Source of the DNA: a virus
DNA: 64,000 bases
Virus record (IMG/VR): IMGVR_UViG_3300042504_002519
Location: 1 to 64,000 of that record
Strand: one strand, 5' to 3'
Part shown: positions 35,826 to 45,015 of the stretch, piece after piece
Layout: the number at the start of each line of letters is the position of its first letter
Numbering within the stretch: the stretch's first letter is position 1
Notes under the pieces: generated by a model
The model's database searches: none
Told to the model about the DNA's origin: nothing
What the model saw: only the letters and a program-made list of their open reading frames with translations
Position numbers and translations under genes: made by a program

Positions 35826-37532
35826 ATGGCCCTTCGCAAAAACTATCTAACCTCCAACCTGGTCCGGTTCGTTGATGATCCGTACCTATTCGCCTATGGC
35901 CGGTCCAATATTCTGGATCCAGGTGAGTTTGACGATGTTATCAGAGATGAGTCGAGCCGGGCCTACCAGGCGGCCAATCGGTTCTACTACGAGCTTAAGA
36001 TCTACGAAGAACTAGAGCGCGATGCCCATGTATTTGCTGTCCTTGAGTCCAGAAAGCTGGATGTGGTGCAACGGGAATGGATGATCGAACCTGCTAGCCA
36101 GAGCGCCAAGGACAAGCGCAATGCCCAGATGGTAGAGGCCATGCTGCGCAACCTGGCCACCACCACGCCAGATGCAGAGAAGGACCAGGCGATCATCAGC
36201 ACTGGCACTGGCTTTGACCAGGCCTGCCATGGCTTGCTCGATAGCCTGATGTATGGCGTCTCAATGGCTGAAATTATGTGGGATGGGGGCAAGGAGATCT
36301 ACCCCCAAGACCTGCGCACCCGGCACCCGCGACGCTTTGGCTTCACCCTGACCGAAGACGGCTGGGTGCCACGCCTACGCACCCGCACCAATATGGCCAT
36401 TGGTGAACCGATCCCGCCTCGTAAGTTTATCTTTCACCACCACCAGCTGCACTATGGCCCCTATGGTAGGGGGCTAGGCCATCGCCTATTCTGGCCAGTA
36501 TTTTTTAAGCGCCAGGACATCAAATTCTGGCTAGTCTTTGTCGAAAAGTTTGCCTCGCCCACCACCATCGCTAAGTTCCCGGTTGGGGCCAGTGATGCTG
36601 AAAAAGATGCGGTGATGACTGCCATCCAGAGCATTGCCTCAGAGACCGGCGTTGGCTTGCCCGAAGGCTATGAGCTGGACCTGCTAGAGGCCTCTCGCAG
36701 TAGTTCCGCCGATAGCTATGAAAAGCTTGCCAATTGGTGTGATGCGCAGATTAGCAAGGCCGTACTAGGCCAGACAGGCACCACCGACCAATCGACGGGG
36801 GGCGGCAGCCGGGCCAGGGATGAGGTGGCCGCTAGCGTTAGCCTGAAGCGCACCAAGGCCGATGCCGACCTACTGGCCGGGGCGATCACCAATAGCTTGA
36901 TCAAGTGGATTATTCGCCTTAATGCCGGGCCTGATGCAGCGGTGCCCCGGCTATGGTGGAAGTTCCCCGAGCTGGAGGTACAGGAAGACCTCAATGCCAG
37001 GGTGCAGCGGGATAGGACGCTCTACGATATGGGTTTTGTGGTCACCCGCGACTATGTGATCAAGACCTATGGCGTCGAACTGCAGGACGAAAAGCCAGAA
37101 GGCCCTACCGCTGAATCCCAGCTAGATGCCTTGTTCGGTGGTGGTGAGGCGCCAGCCCCGACTGAGCCTACGCCAGCCCCAGAGGCAGAAGCACCCCCAA
37201 CGCCAGAGCAGGCCCAGCAGGTGGAAGAGGCCAGCCAGGAGGCGACTGACGAAGAGGCGCCAGAGGACTTAGCTGAACCCGACGATAGGCGCGACTCATC
37301 CGATGACTATGCCGATCAAGCCATCGTCGAAATGCAGCCCATCCTAGCCGACTGGAGTCGGTTGATCAATGAAGCGGTGGATCAGTCCAATAGCTTCGAG
37401 GAGTTAGAGCAACGCTTACTACAACTGCAGGCGGATACTAGCCAGTTTGCCGAGATCCTGGGGGCTAGCATGGCCGCTGCTGAGGCCGCTGGCCGGTACG
37501 AGGTGATCGAAGAGGGTGAGCGGGATGTCTAA
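35826..37532 (+). CDS. Portal protein (Mu gp29/DUF935)
   Basis: YEELERDAHV..RK, W..FVEKF..P, ISKAVLGQT. Confidence 0.9.
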   Translation: MALRKNYLTSNLVRFVDDPYLFAYGRSNILDPGEFDDVIRDESSRAYQAANRFYYELKIYEELERDAHVFAVLESRKLDVVQREWMIEPASQSAKDKRNAQMVEAMLRNLATTTPDAEKDQAIISTGTGFDQACHGLLDSLMYGVSMAEIMWDGGKEIYPQDLRTRHPRRFGFTLTEDGWVPRLRTRTNMAIGEPIPPRKFIFHHHQLHYGPYGRGLGHRLFWPVFFKRQDIKFWLVFVEKFASPTTIAKFPVGASDAEKDAVMTAIQSIASETGVGLPEGYELDLLEASRSSSADSYEKLANWCDAQISKAVLGQTGTTDQSTGGGSRARDEVAASVSLKRTKADADLLAGAITNSLIKWIIRLNAGPDAAVPRLWWKFPELEVQEDLNARVQRDRTLYDMGFVVTRDYVIKTYGVELQDEKPEGPTAESQLDALFGGGEAPAPTEPTPAPEAEAPPTPEQAQQVEEASQEATDEEAPEDLAEPDDRRDSSDDYADQAIVEMQPILADWSRLINEAVDQSNSFEELEQRLLQLQADTSQFAEILGASMAAAEAAGRYEVIEEGERDV

Positions 37533-38304
37533 ACCGACCTATCGACGGCTACCCTTTCGCAAGGCCCTGGACTGGCTGAAAGCCAAGCTACCGATCCCGA
37601 CAGAGCGATGGGATACGCTGGTCGATGGTGCCCAGGACTGGGCTTTTACCATCGCCGGGGTGACCCATGGTCAGCTATTGCAGGAAGCACTGGACCTGGT
37701 AACCAAGGCGGTAGACGATGGGCAGCTATACCGCGACTTTAAGCAACAATTTGCAGAAACCTTTGTCAAGCGTGGCTTTAGCCCACTCAATGACTGGCGG
37801 ATGCGCCTGATCTTGCTGCAAAATATGCGCAATGCCTATGGGGCGGGGCGCTACCAGCAGCAGCATGACCCCGAAACGGTCCTACGCCGTCCTTACCTGG
37901 TCTACCGCCATGATGACCCTATCACCCCCAGGCCGCACCATGTCGCGCTAGATGGCTTTGTAGCCAGAGCAGATGATCCGATCTGGAATACGTTGCACCC
38001 GCCCAATGGGTTCGGCTGTCGGTGCCGCACCTTTAGCCTAAATGAACGTCAGCTACGCCAGGAAGGGATAAGCCTATCGGATCCATTGCCGACCATGACT
38101 GTCAAGGACAAGCGTACTGGCCAGCAGTTCACCGCCCCAGTCGTCAAGGTAGGCGATAGGACGGTGCCAGTGATTGAGCCTGGGTTTAACTTTGCCCCAG
38201 GTAGCACCCAGGACCGGGCCAGGGCCATCCAAGACACCGTCAGCCGGATGCACCCAGGGCTAAGGGAACGAGTGATGGGGATGATCAGGCGGAGGGATGG
38301 TTAG
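37525..38304 (+). CDS. Minor head protein (MuF/gp30)
   Basis: AFTIAG, N.RNAYGAGRY, RPHH..LDG, PPNGFGCRC. Confidence 0.9.
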   Translation: MSKPTYRRLPFRKALDWLKAKLPIPTERWDTLVDGAQDWAFTIAGVTHGQLLQEALDLVTKAVDDGQLYRDFKQQFAETFVKRGFSPLNDWRMRLILLQNMRNAYGAGRYQQQHDPETVLRRPYLVYRHDDPITPRPHHVALDGFVARADDPIWNTLHPPNGFGCRCRTFSLNERQLRQEGISLSDPLPTMTVKDKRTGQQFTAPVVKVGDRTVPVIEPGFNFAPGSTQDRARAIQDTVSRMHPGLRERVMGMIRRRDG

Positions 38305-39599
38305 TAGCTATCTCTGAGGCTATCGAAGTTAGGCTCTCGCCCTTGCTGAATAGACTTGAGGTTGTCATCGAAGGTCCGCAGTTGAGCGATCTTGCGGATC
38401 CGTTCTTGGTTGCGGCTATCAGCAGAGCGACGCTCCCCTTCGACCATATTCTTTCTCATGTAGGAGATGGTCTCACGGGCAGACTTGACGGAGGGATACT
38501 CAAACCCGTCAGAATCGGTAAATGTATCGTCGTCTTTCTTACCCTTCATGCGATTCAGATCCGCATCATAGTCTCTGATCATCTTCTTGGCTTCACTGTT
38601 TATGCCTCGCTCAGGCCCAAGCTCTTTCAGCCCCCTTTGGATCCGATCCCGCTCTTGCCGTAGCTGGCTTACAGTTACATTGCGCCCTTCATAGATGAAC
38701 TTAGCTGGACCTCGCTGTAATGACGCGATTTCAGCCTCTTTCCGCTTGATTTCAGCTTGATCGTCTTTATAGAGCTGCTTCGCGTCTCGATCCATCCTCT
38801 TTTGCAAGGATTGATAGTGAGCAATGGCTTCCTTGGGTGAGTCCCATTTCTCCTGCGGGCTAATCAGGTCTGATACGGGCCGATCCGCTGGACCGCCCTT
38901 GATCCGAGCGATGTAATCGTCCATCCTGGCCTTTTCCTGGGCATACTCCTTAGCAGAGGTATCTGTCCTCGACAGGATGCCGTCGATCTCGCTAGTGAGC
39001 TGGCTAACCCGTTTCTTAGCGATTTCACCCGCTCCAGCTTTAAGCTTCTTCAGGTCAGCGGGATCTGCCTTGCTCAGTGCATCGGCAGCTTTTTTCTGGC
39101 TAGGGTTGAGCTTGCCACCGCCTACTATGCAATTCCGCCCCTTAGCGATGCAGCTACCGCCACAAAGCTTTCCTTTGGTGCAATTCTTGGTCTTTCCACT
39201 ACCCTTGGATCCACCTTTGCCCCTAGCAAAGTCCACCGCATACCATACCCGCTCAGACATTGACGCCGCTTGTCTGTTGGGGTCTTCGTTGTAGCTAATT
39301 TCGCCATTGCGGTAGGTGGCAATATAGGCCTCGGGTGGCTGCGCACCAGTGACACCAGTAAAGCGAATGGTCCACCCATTGGCCGGGGTGCCAATGTCGA
39401 TGTCATCGATGCTGGTCATCCGTTGCTCGCCTTCATCGAAGAAGCTACGCACCAATAACATAGCCGCTTGTACCGTCTTCCTCGCCCCATCAGGCTTACG
39501 TTCCGCAAAGTCTGCAACAAAGTGCGGATAACCTTGCATGTCGTAGATGATAGGCATGGCAGCGAATAGAATGGCGTCGCTTTTAGTGTGCCCAGCCAT
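38301..39599 (-). CDS. Cys-motif family protein 1 (true start probably near 39557)
   Basis: VDFAR..KNCTKGKLCGGSCIAKGRNC then coiled C-terminus. Confidence 0.65.
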   Translation of the reverse strand: MAGHTKSDAILFAAMPIIYDMQGYPHFVADFAERKPDGARKTVQAAMLLVRSFFDEGEQRMTSIDDIDIGTPANGWTIRFTGVTGAQPPEAYIATYRNGEISYNEDPNRQAASMSERVWYAVDFARGKGGSKGSGKTKNCTKGKLCGGSCIAKGRNCIVGGGKLNPSQKKAADALSKADPADLKKLKAGAGEIAKKRVSQLTSEIDGILSRTDTSAKEYAQEKARMDDYIARIKGGPADRPVSDLISPQEKWDSPKEAIAHYQSLQKRMDRDAKQLYKDDQAEIKRKEAEIASLQRGPAKFIYEGRNVTVSQLRQERDRIQRGLKELGPERGINSEAKKMIRDYDADLNRMKGKKDDDTFTDSDGFEYPSVKSARETISYMRKNMVEGERRSADSRNQERIRKIAQLRTFDDNLKSIQQGREPNFDSLRDSY

Positions 39600-39785
39600 G
39601 GATCCATCACCCTGGGCAACCTAGATCCAGCGCTATGGATCCATGATGAGTCAGTTTCAGGTCAGTGCCGATGATAGCCAGGTCCAGGCGATGCTGGCCC
39701 GGGCGGCGCGTCGGCTAAACAAAACGACGCTCCCCTTCGACCATGTTCTTTCTCATGTAGGAGATGGTCTCACGGGCAGACTTGC
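39596..39785 (+). pseudogene. Chimeric remnant: duplicate of the 5' end of the gpG-like gene fused to a fragment of 38428-38488
   Basis: About 39596-39722 resembles 40643-40768; about 39725-39784 resembles 38429-38488. Confidence 0.75.
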
Positions 39786-39788
39786 AGG

Positions 39789-40607
39789 CTATAGGTTGAA
39801 GAACACTTTAGTCCTGTGTACCGATCCATCTGGTGAAACCCGAATCGCGGTAGCGTAGAGCCCTCTATCCCCCCTTTTGGTCTTAGCGCTGTTTCTGGCC
39901 AAGTCCATTATCTTGGCTCTGTCCTGACTTGACGCTACTCTGTAGATAGATGTCATCAGGTCAGGATTCTCAAATATAAAGTGATCATTGCCATCCTTCT
40001 TTGCATACTGGTGGGCCGCTTTTAGCGCAAGACCCTGGAAGTATGGATCTTTTTTGTATGCGGCAATATCGCCAGGTTTAGATGTGGCGGTGATCGACAG
40101 CTTTTCTTCATCCTCTGTGTCAGTCGGCTTTAGCCCCCGACTAGACTGAGGTTTAGAGCTTTTCCCTTTTGCAGGTGCACCCCCCGAGCTAACCCCCTCT
40201 TGCTTGGCCACCCATTCTGAAGCTGTTTTGAACTGCCCCTGCAATGGGTTGCGACAGTTGCGGTTCTGACTGATGCAGGTATAGCCACAGGCATAGCCTT
40301 TCTTGCAAGCCTTCACCTGTTTGGTATTGCCAGCCAGCTTTAGCCTAGCAAAGTCCAAGGCATCCTCCATGAAGTCTGCCCCATCTTCATCAGGCAGGTC
40401 ACCAGGGTTGACTGGCGCATAGTCGATCAACCCTGGCTTAATGGTGTATCTGAATGGTACACCATTACCCAGGAAAGTACCTCGGGCCTCTCCACCGGTA
40501 ACGGTGACACTCTCCACAGATAGACTACCTCGAGTGAAGGTTGATCGGATGATCAGCTGAACAATAGCCTTAATCTGCTCTGGTGTCGGGTTCTTGGGTA
40601 GCTTCAT
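39789..40607 (-). CDS. Cys-motif family protein 2
   Basis: LDFAR..KACKKGYACGYTCISQNRNC; N-domain homologous to 51478..51717. Confidence 0.7.
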   Translation of the reverse strand: MKLPKNPTPEQIKAIVQLIIRSTFTRGSLSVESVTVTGGEARGTFLGNGVPFRYTIKPGLIDYAPVNPGDLPDEDGADFMEDALDFARLKLAGNTKQVKACKKGYACGYTCISQNRNCRNPLQGQFKTASEWVAKQEGVSSGGAPAKGKSSKPQSSRGLKPTDTEDEEKLSITATSKPGDIAAYKKDPYFQGLALKAAHQYAKKDGNDHFIFENPDLMTSIYRVASSQDRAKIMDLARNSAKTKRGDRGLYATAIRVSPDGSVHRTKVFFNL

Positions 40608-40691
40608 GGGGGTTCTTTAGCGCTATCCCTAGTGTGCCCACCCATGGATCCATCACCCTGGGCACCCTGGATCCAGCATGACGGATCCACC

Positions 40692-41198
40692 ATGAGTCAG
40701 TTTCAGGTTAGTGCCGATGACAGCCAGGTGCAGGCGATGCTGGCCCGAGCGGCGCGTCGGCTAAACAACATGAGGCCCTTGTATGACGACATTGGGGCCT
40801 ACATGGAGCGGGATACAGACCAACGCTTCCAGCGACAACAGGCCCCGGATGGTACGCCATGGCGTGACCTATCGCCTAATACCTGGGCGGCCAAGCGTAA
40901 CCGCAAAATATTGAACGAGACTGGCCAGATGCGTGACTCGCTGGCCTATGAAGCGACTGGCACTGAGGTGATCATCGGCTTTGCTGACAAGAAAGCCCGC
41001 TGGCATCAGTTCGGCACCCGGCCCTATACCATTGTTCCTAAAAATGCCAGGATGCTGGCCTTCATGACCGCTGGCGGCCCTGCCTTCGCTAGGCAGGTAA
41101 ACCATCCAGGCATTCCAGCTAGGCCAATGCTAGGCATCAGCCGGGCCAATGTGGAGGAAATTGGCAGCATCGTCGGCGATCACATTGGCAAGCCATAG
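40692..41198 (+). CDS. Virion morphogenesis protein (Mu gpG-like)
   Basis: RFQRQQAPDGTPW.DLS, IL.ETG, HQFG, IPARPMLG. Confidence 0.9.
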   Translation: MSQFQVSADDSQVQAMLARAARRLNNMRPLYDDIGAYMERDTDQRFQRQQAPDGTPWRDLSPNTWAAKRNRKILNETGQMRDSLAYEATGTEVIIGFADKKARWHQFGTRPYTIVPKNARMLAFMTAGGPAFARQVNHPGIPARPMLGISRANVEEIGSIVGDHIGKP

Positions 41199-41246
41199 CT
41201 GGATCCATGGCTGGGCACACTTAAGACAGTTACCCAACCCTCAGCC

Positions 41247-42629
41247 ATGGTAGAAATTGAAATCCTTCGCAAGGGCCAGGCGGTCAGCTCCAACGGCACC
41301 GAAGTAGACCTGAACGATGAACTATTGGATCAGGTGGTCGAGTCCTACAACCCGACCAACTTCAAGGCACCCCTGATCGTCTCCCACAATACTGGCGGCC
41401 AGGACGATGCTAGCCTGGCCGAGTCGGAGCTAGCCTATGGCTTTCCGGTGGCCCTAAAGCGAGTTGGGGACCGGGTACGAGCTGTCTTTGATAAGGTATC
41501 GCCTCAATTTGTGCAATGGAACCGGGATGGACGGCTGCTAGGCATTTCCCCCAGCCTGTACCCACCCACCGCCCCAGCTAACCCTACCCCTGGCCGCTGG
41601 AGCCTACGCCACATTGCTGGCCTAGGTGCTTCACCGCCTGCCATCAAGGGCCTATCGCCGCTGGCCCTGTCTGAACTGACCGATGACCTCGACAATTGGG
41701 TACTCGACTTGAACGAATTTAGCCAGCCCGCTGATGATGCCGTCTCGGTCGCCTTCGACCTAGGCGAAAACAGCCTAGAAAGTGCAGCCACCACCATCAT
41801 GGAGCTGGCCAGCCAGATGCAGTCGGACCCAGAGGAAGGCTACATCCCTGATAGCCCTGAAGGTGAGGCGGTGCAGCTGATCCTCAGCGTTGCCCAGCAG
41901 ATGAAGGGCAGCGTCCCTGATGTCGCCGAAGACTATGACACCATCGTAGCGGCGGCTAGGACTGTCCTCGACGTAGCAGCCAAGGTGGCAGGCTATGGCG
42001 AAGTAGAAGAGCCTGAGGACGAGGACGACTACGAGTCCGAAGACTATGAATATGGCGGTCGGTGCAAAAAGTATCCAGGCTGTGGCTGCGTCGATGGCTG
42101 CGCGATGAAGAAAAATATGCAGTTCATGATGGCCAAGGTGCATGGATCCAAGATGAATTTTGGGGCTGGGCACAATAAGAACAAAGCCTATTACAACTAC
42201 GAAGAACCCCTACCGATCTCTGAAGGTGACACCATGTCTGATGCTGAACGCGACGAATTAGAGCTGCTTCGGGCCGAGCGAGAAGCCCTACAGCAAGAAG
42301 TTAGGGCCGCCCGGATCGAGTCTCTGGTCTCGTTCTGTGAAGCCTACCGGGACCGGTTCACTCCGGCCATGACTAGCCCCGTCTCGGTGGACTTCGGCGA
42401 AGAGTCCCACGAAATGGACGCGGTGGACTTCATGGCCAGCCTGAATGGCGCCCAACTGGCCTGGTTCAAAGAAATGGTTAAGTCCATGCCGCCCCAGGTG
42501 GACTTCGAGGAAATTGCCACTGATGACAAAGATCCGGGCTATGGCGATGATCTGTCCTTCGAGGAACAGTTACAGTCCGCCCGCCAAGCTCTGCAAAAAT
42601 CGTTTAACACTGCCGGGGGGCTCGAATAA
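41247..42629 (+). CDS. Prohead protease/scaffold (Mu gp32-like)
   Basis: APLIVSH, AYG, ISPSL, LRHIAGLGASPPAIKGL; acidic helical C-terminus. Confidence 0.85.
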   Translation: MVEIEILRKGQAVSSNGTEVDLNDELLDQVVESYNPTNFKAPLIVSHNTGGQDDASLAESELAYGFPVALKRVGDRVRAVFDKVSPQFVQWNRDGRLLGISPSLYPPTAPANPTPGRWSLRHIAGLGASPPAIKGLSPLALSELTDDLDNWVLDLNEFSQPADDAVSVAFDLGENSLESAATTIMELASQMQSDPEEGYIPDSPEGEAVQLILSVAQQMKGSVPDVAEDYDTIVAAARTVLDVAAKVAGYGEVEEPEDEDDYESEDYEYGGRCKKYPGCGCVDGCAMKKNMQFMMAKVHGSKMNFGAGHNKNKAYYNYEEPLPISEGDTMSDAERDELELLRAEREALQQEVRAARIESLVSFCEAYRDRFTPAMTSPVSVDFGEESHEMDAVDFMASLNGAQLAWFKEMVKSMPPQVDFEEIATDDKDPGYGDDLSFEEQLQSARQALQKSFNTAGGLE

Positions 42630-43174
42630 TGCCGATTCTCAACTATGCCAACATCACTGATGGCGATCTAATCTACGAAGGGCAGATCGTCTATACCGAG
42701 GATACGATCATCCGTACCGGCTACAACGCCGAAGCAAGTGCCATCATTCCCTTTGGCCGAGCTGTTGCCAAGGGTGCAGCTACCACCGGGGCCAGCAGCG
42801 ACCGGATCGACCTGGTCAACCTGGTCGATGGCAACTCTATCATCGTCGGCATCGCCGTTTCGACTGACGCCATTCAAAAGGTAACCGGCACCCCCGGCAC
42901 CGATGAGGCGGTCTCTGTCGTCTCTGGCGTGATGGGCTGGCCCGTTGACTATCCTGTGTCCTACCTGGTGCGGGGTGTCATCGGCGTCAGGGTAAGTGAT
43001 ACCGATACCGTCAAGCCTGGCGACGCTGTCTATGCCGTCCATACCGCCTCCAGCGGTGTGCTGGTGGGCACCTTCCGCAGTGACAGCACCAACGCCATCC
43101 AAATTACCAACGCTCGTTGGCTAGGCTATGGCGGTCAGAATGACATCGTTCCTCTCTCTATTAACTTGGCCTAG
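42629..43174 (+). CDS. Head decoration/cement protein
   Basis: IPFGRAV, RGVIGV; lies between protease and capsid. Confidence 0.65.
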   Translation: MPILNYANITDGDLIYEGQIVYTEDTIIRTGYNAEASAIIPFGRAVAKGAATTGASSDRIDLVNLVDGNSIIVGIAVSTDAIQKVTGTPGTDEAVSVVSGVMGWPVDYPVSYLVRGVIGVRVSDTDTVKPGDAVYAVHTASSGVLVGTFRSDSTNAIQITNARWLGYGGQNDIVPLSINLA

Positions 43175-43185
43175 GAGGTTTTTCA

Positions 43186-44130
43186 ATGGCAACTGGCGGA
43201 ACTCAGCTATATCGCTATCTTCAACAACGCTTGCCTGACATGATCACCAAGCGTTATGAGGATCTTCCTTATGATGCGGGGCTGCGGGTTGCCTCTGATG
43301 TAAACCTGCAAGCTGGTGCGCAAGAGATCGTAGCCGAAGTGCTCGACAAGGTGGGCGATGCCCAGGTTGTTGGCGATGGCACCTTCGACTTTCCTATCGT
43401 TGACCTCAACCTAAGCGAAGATCGCTATAAGGTGCTGATGGTCGGATCTGCTATGTCCTGGACGTTCCAACAAGAACGGGCCATGACCTTTGCAGGCAAC
43501 CTGACCCAGATGAATGCCCAGCGGGAGTCAACCGTTACCCGTTCTATTGCAGAGCGTCGTAACAAGATTGCCGCCTATGGCGAATCTCGGCTAGGCATTA
43601 CTGGCTTTTTGAATAATGCGTCGGTCACCCTGGTTAATAGCACCTTCGACTTCCACAACGCCAATACCACCCCTGACGATATGTACCAGTTCTTCCTAAC
43701 CCAGGTGGAACTGTTTGATACCGGCAGCAACAACGTCATGACGCCCACCCATGCCACCGTTAGTACTAAGCTGTACTACCGGCTATCAAAACGGCTTGGT
43801 GACACCCAGGTGACGGTCAAGGACTTCATCGAGCAGATGCTATCCAGCGAAGGAACCCCCTTCAAGATCCATAAGGACAAATGGAGCAATAGCAGCCTGC
43901 TGGAGGTCAATGGCGTTCAGGCCGGTGGTGTCAATAAGGATCGGATCACGCTGTTCACCATCAGCCGGGATATGGCTAGCCGTATGGTTGAGCCAACCGC
44001 GATGATGCCCATGGACTATGTGAGCGTCAAGAATGGGCGGAAAGTATTTCCGTTCTACTCCTGCGTGACACCAGTGATGTTCCATCAGATCCCTGGCTTC
44101 CGCTATATCGACGTTCCTAAGGCTGTTTAG
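43186..44130 (+). CDS. Major capsid protein (DUF2184-like, HK97 fold)
   Basis: Size and position; NKIAAYGE..LGITGFLN. Confidence 0.8.
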   Translation: MATGGTQLYRYLQQRLPDMITKRYEDLPYDAGLRVASDVNLQAGAQEIVAEVLDKVGDAQVVGDGTFDFPIVDLNLSEDRYKVLMVGSAMSWTFQQERAMTFAGNLTQMNAQRESTVTRSIAERRNKIAAYGESRLGITGFLNNASVTLVNSTFDFHNANTTPDDMYQFFLTQVELFDTGSNNVMTPTHATVSTKLYYRLSKRLGDTQVTVKDFIEQMLSSEGTPFKIHKDKWSNSSLLEVNGVQAGGVNKDRITLFTISRDMASRMVEPTAMMPMDYVSVKNGRKVFPFYSCVTPVMFHQIPGFRYIDVPKAV

Positions 44131-44149
44131 ATAATTCCTGGTGACTGAC

Positions 44150-44545
44150 ATGACAACCTGCGTTGTTTACAAACCAACGGCTTGTTTTCCGCCCAAGGGT
44201 GTAGCGAGTGAAGTATTCTTTGACTCGCTATGCCTAAAGGCTGGGGCCAAAAACTACCTAACTGACGATGAACTAGAACGGCTGATCAGCCATGACGACT
44301 ACCCTCGCTATGAAGCATGGGGAGCCATCGAGGTGATCCAGCCAGAGCAGGAAGCGCCAGAGCTAGCCCCGGCCCCAGGCAAGCCTACCTACCCGGCTAA
44401 CTTGTCTGGCATCTCGGTAGAAAAGGCAGAAGACATTGTCAATGGCTGTGATGATGTGGTTGTCCTGCGGGCCTGGTTTGACGCCGAAACCCGCAAAACG
44501 TTGCGTGAAATCCTGACCCGTCGAATCGAGGAGATTCTTGAATAA
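44150..44545 (+). CDS. Hypothetical head-associated protein
   Basis: Follows capsid; C-terminal ETRKTL...RIEE. Confidence 0.6.
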   Translation: MTTCVVYKPTACFPPKGVASEVFFDSLCLKAGAKNYLTDDELERLISHDDYPRYEAWGAIEVIQPEQEAPELAPAPGKPTYPANLSGISVEKAEDIVNGCDDVVVLRAWFDAETRKTLREILTRRIEEILE

Positions 44546-44961
44546 TGGCCCAACAGCGTATCGTCGCCAGCCTAGAGCAGGCGTACTTTGAAGTAGACCT
44601 ATCGCTTGCCACCAATGCCCTCTGCGTTGATCAAGCATTCTTTATTGCCCAGCTACCTTGTAAGGTAGTGGGAATCAGCTATATCCATGCCACGGCTGGC
44701 ACCGATGAAGGTGCAGTCAATGTGCAGGTAACCAAAGATACGGGCACTGATGCCCCTGGTGCTGGCACCAACCTACTGACCAATAACACCAATGCTGGGT
44801 TTAACTGCAAAGGCACTATCAATGTGCTGCAGACCGGCGCTTTAGTCACCGCCGAAGCAACCCGCACCCTGGCCGCTGGTGAGCGGCTATCGGTAGACTT
44901 TGCTGGCACCCTGACGGCCCTGGCTGGCGTCACCCTGTCGGTACGGCTGCAGTACGTCTGA
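44545..44961 (+). CDS. Hypothetical virion protein
   Basis: Coupled; terminator at 44989-45015. Confidence 0.6.
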   Translation: MAQQRIVASLEQAYFEVDLSLATNALCVDQAFFIAQLPCKVVGISYIHATAGTDEGAVNVQVTKDTGTDAPGAGTNLLTNNTNAGFNCKGTINVLQTGALVTAEATRTLAAGERLSVDFAGTLTALAGVTLSVRLQYV

Positions 44962-45015
44962 TAAGTTTCTCCTCTGTGGTTCTCCCTCGCCCCCGGCATT
45001 GCTGGGGGTTTTTTC

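Noticed and set aside
35826-43174. Transposable Mu-type lifestyle or CRISPR-associated transposon
   Set aside because: Only head genes are Mu-like; no MuA/MuB, TnsB/TnsC or TniQ is seen in the window
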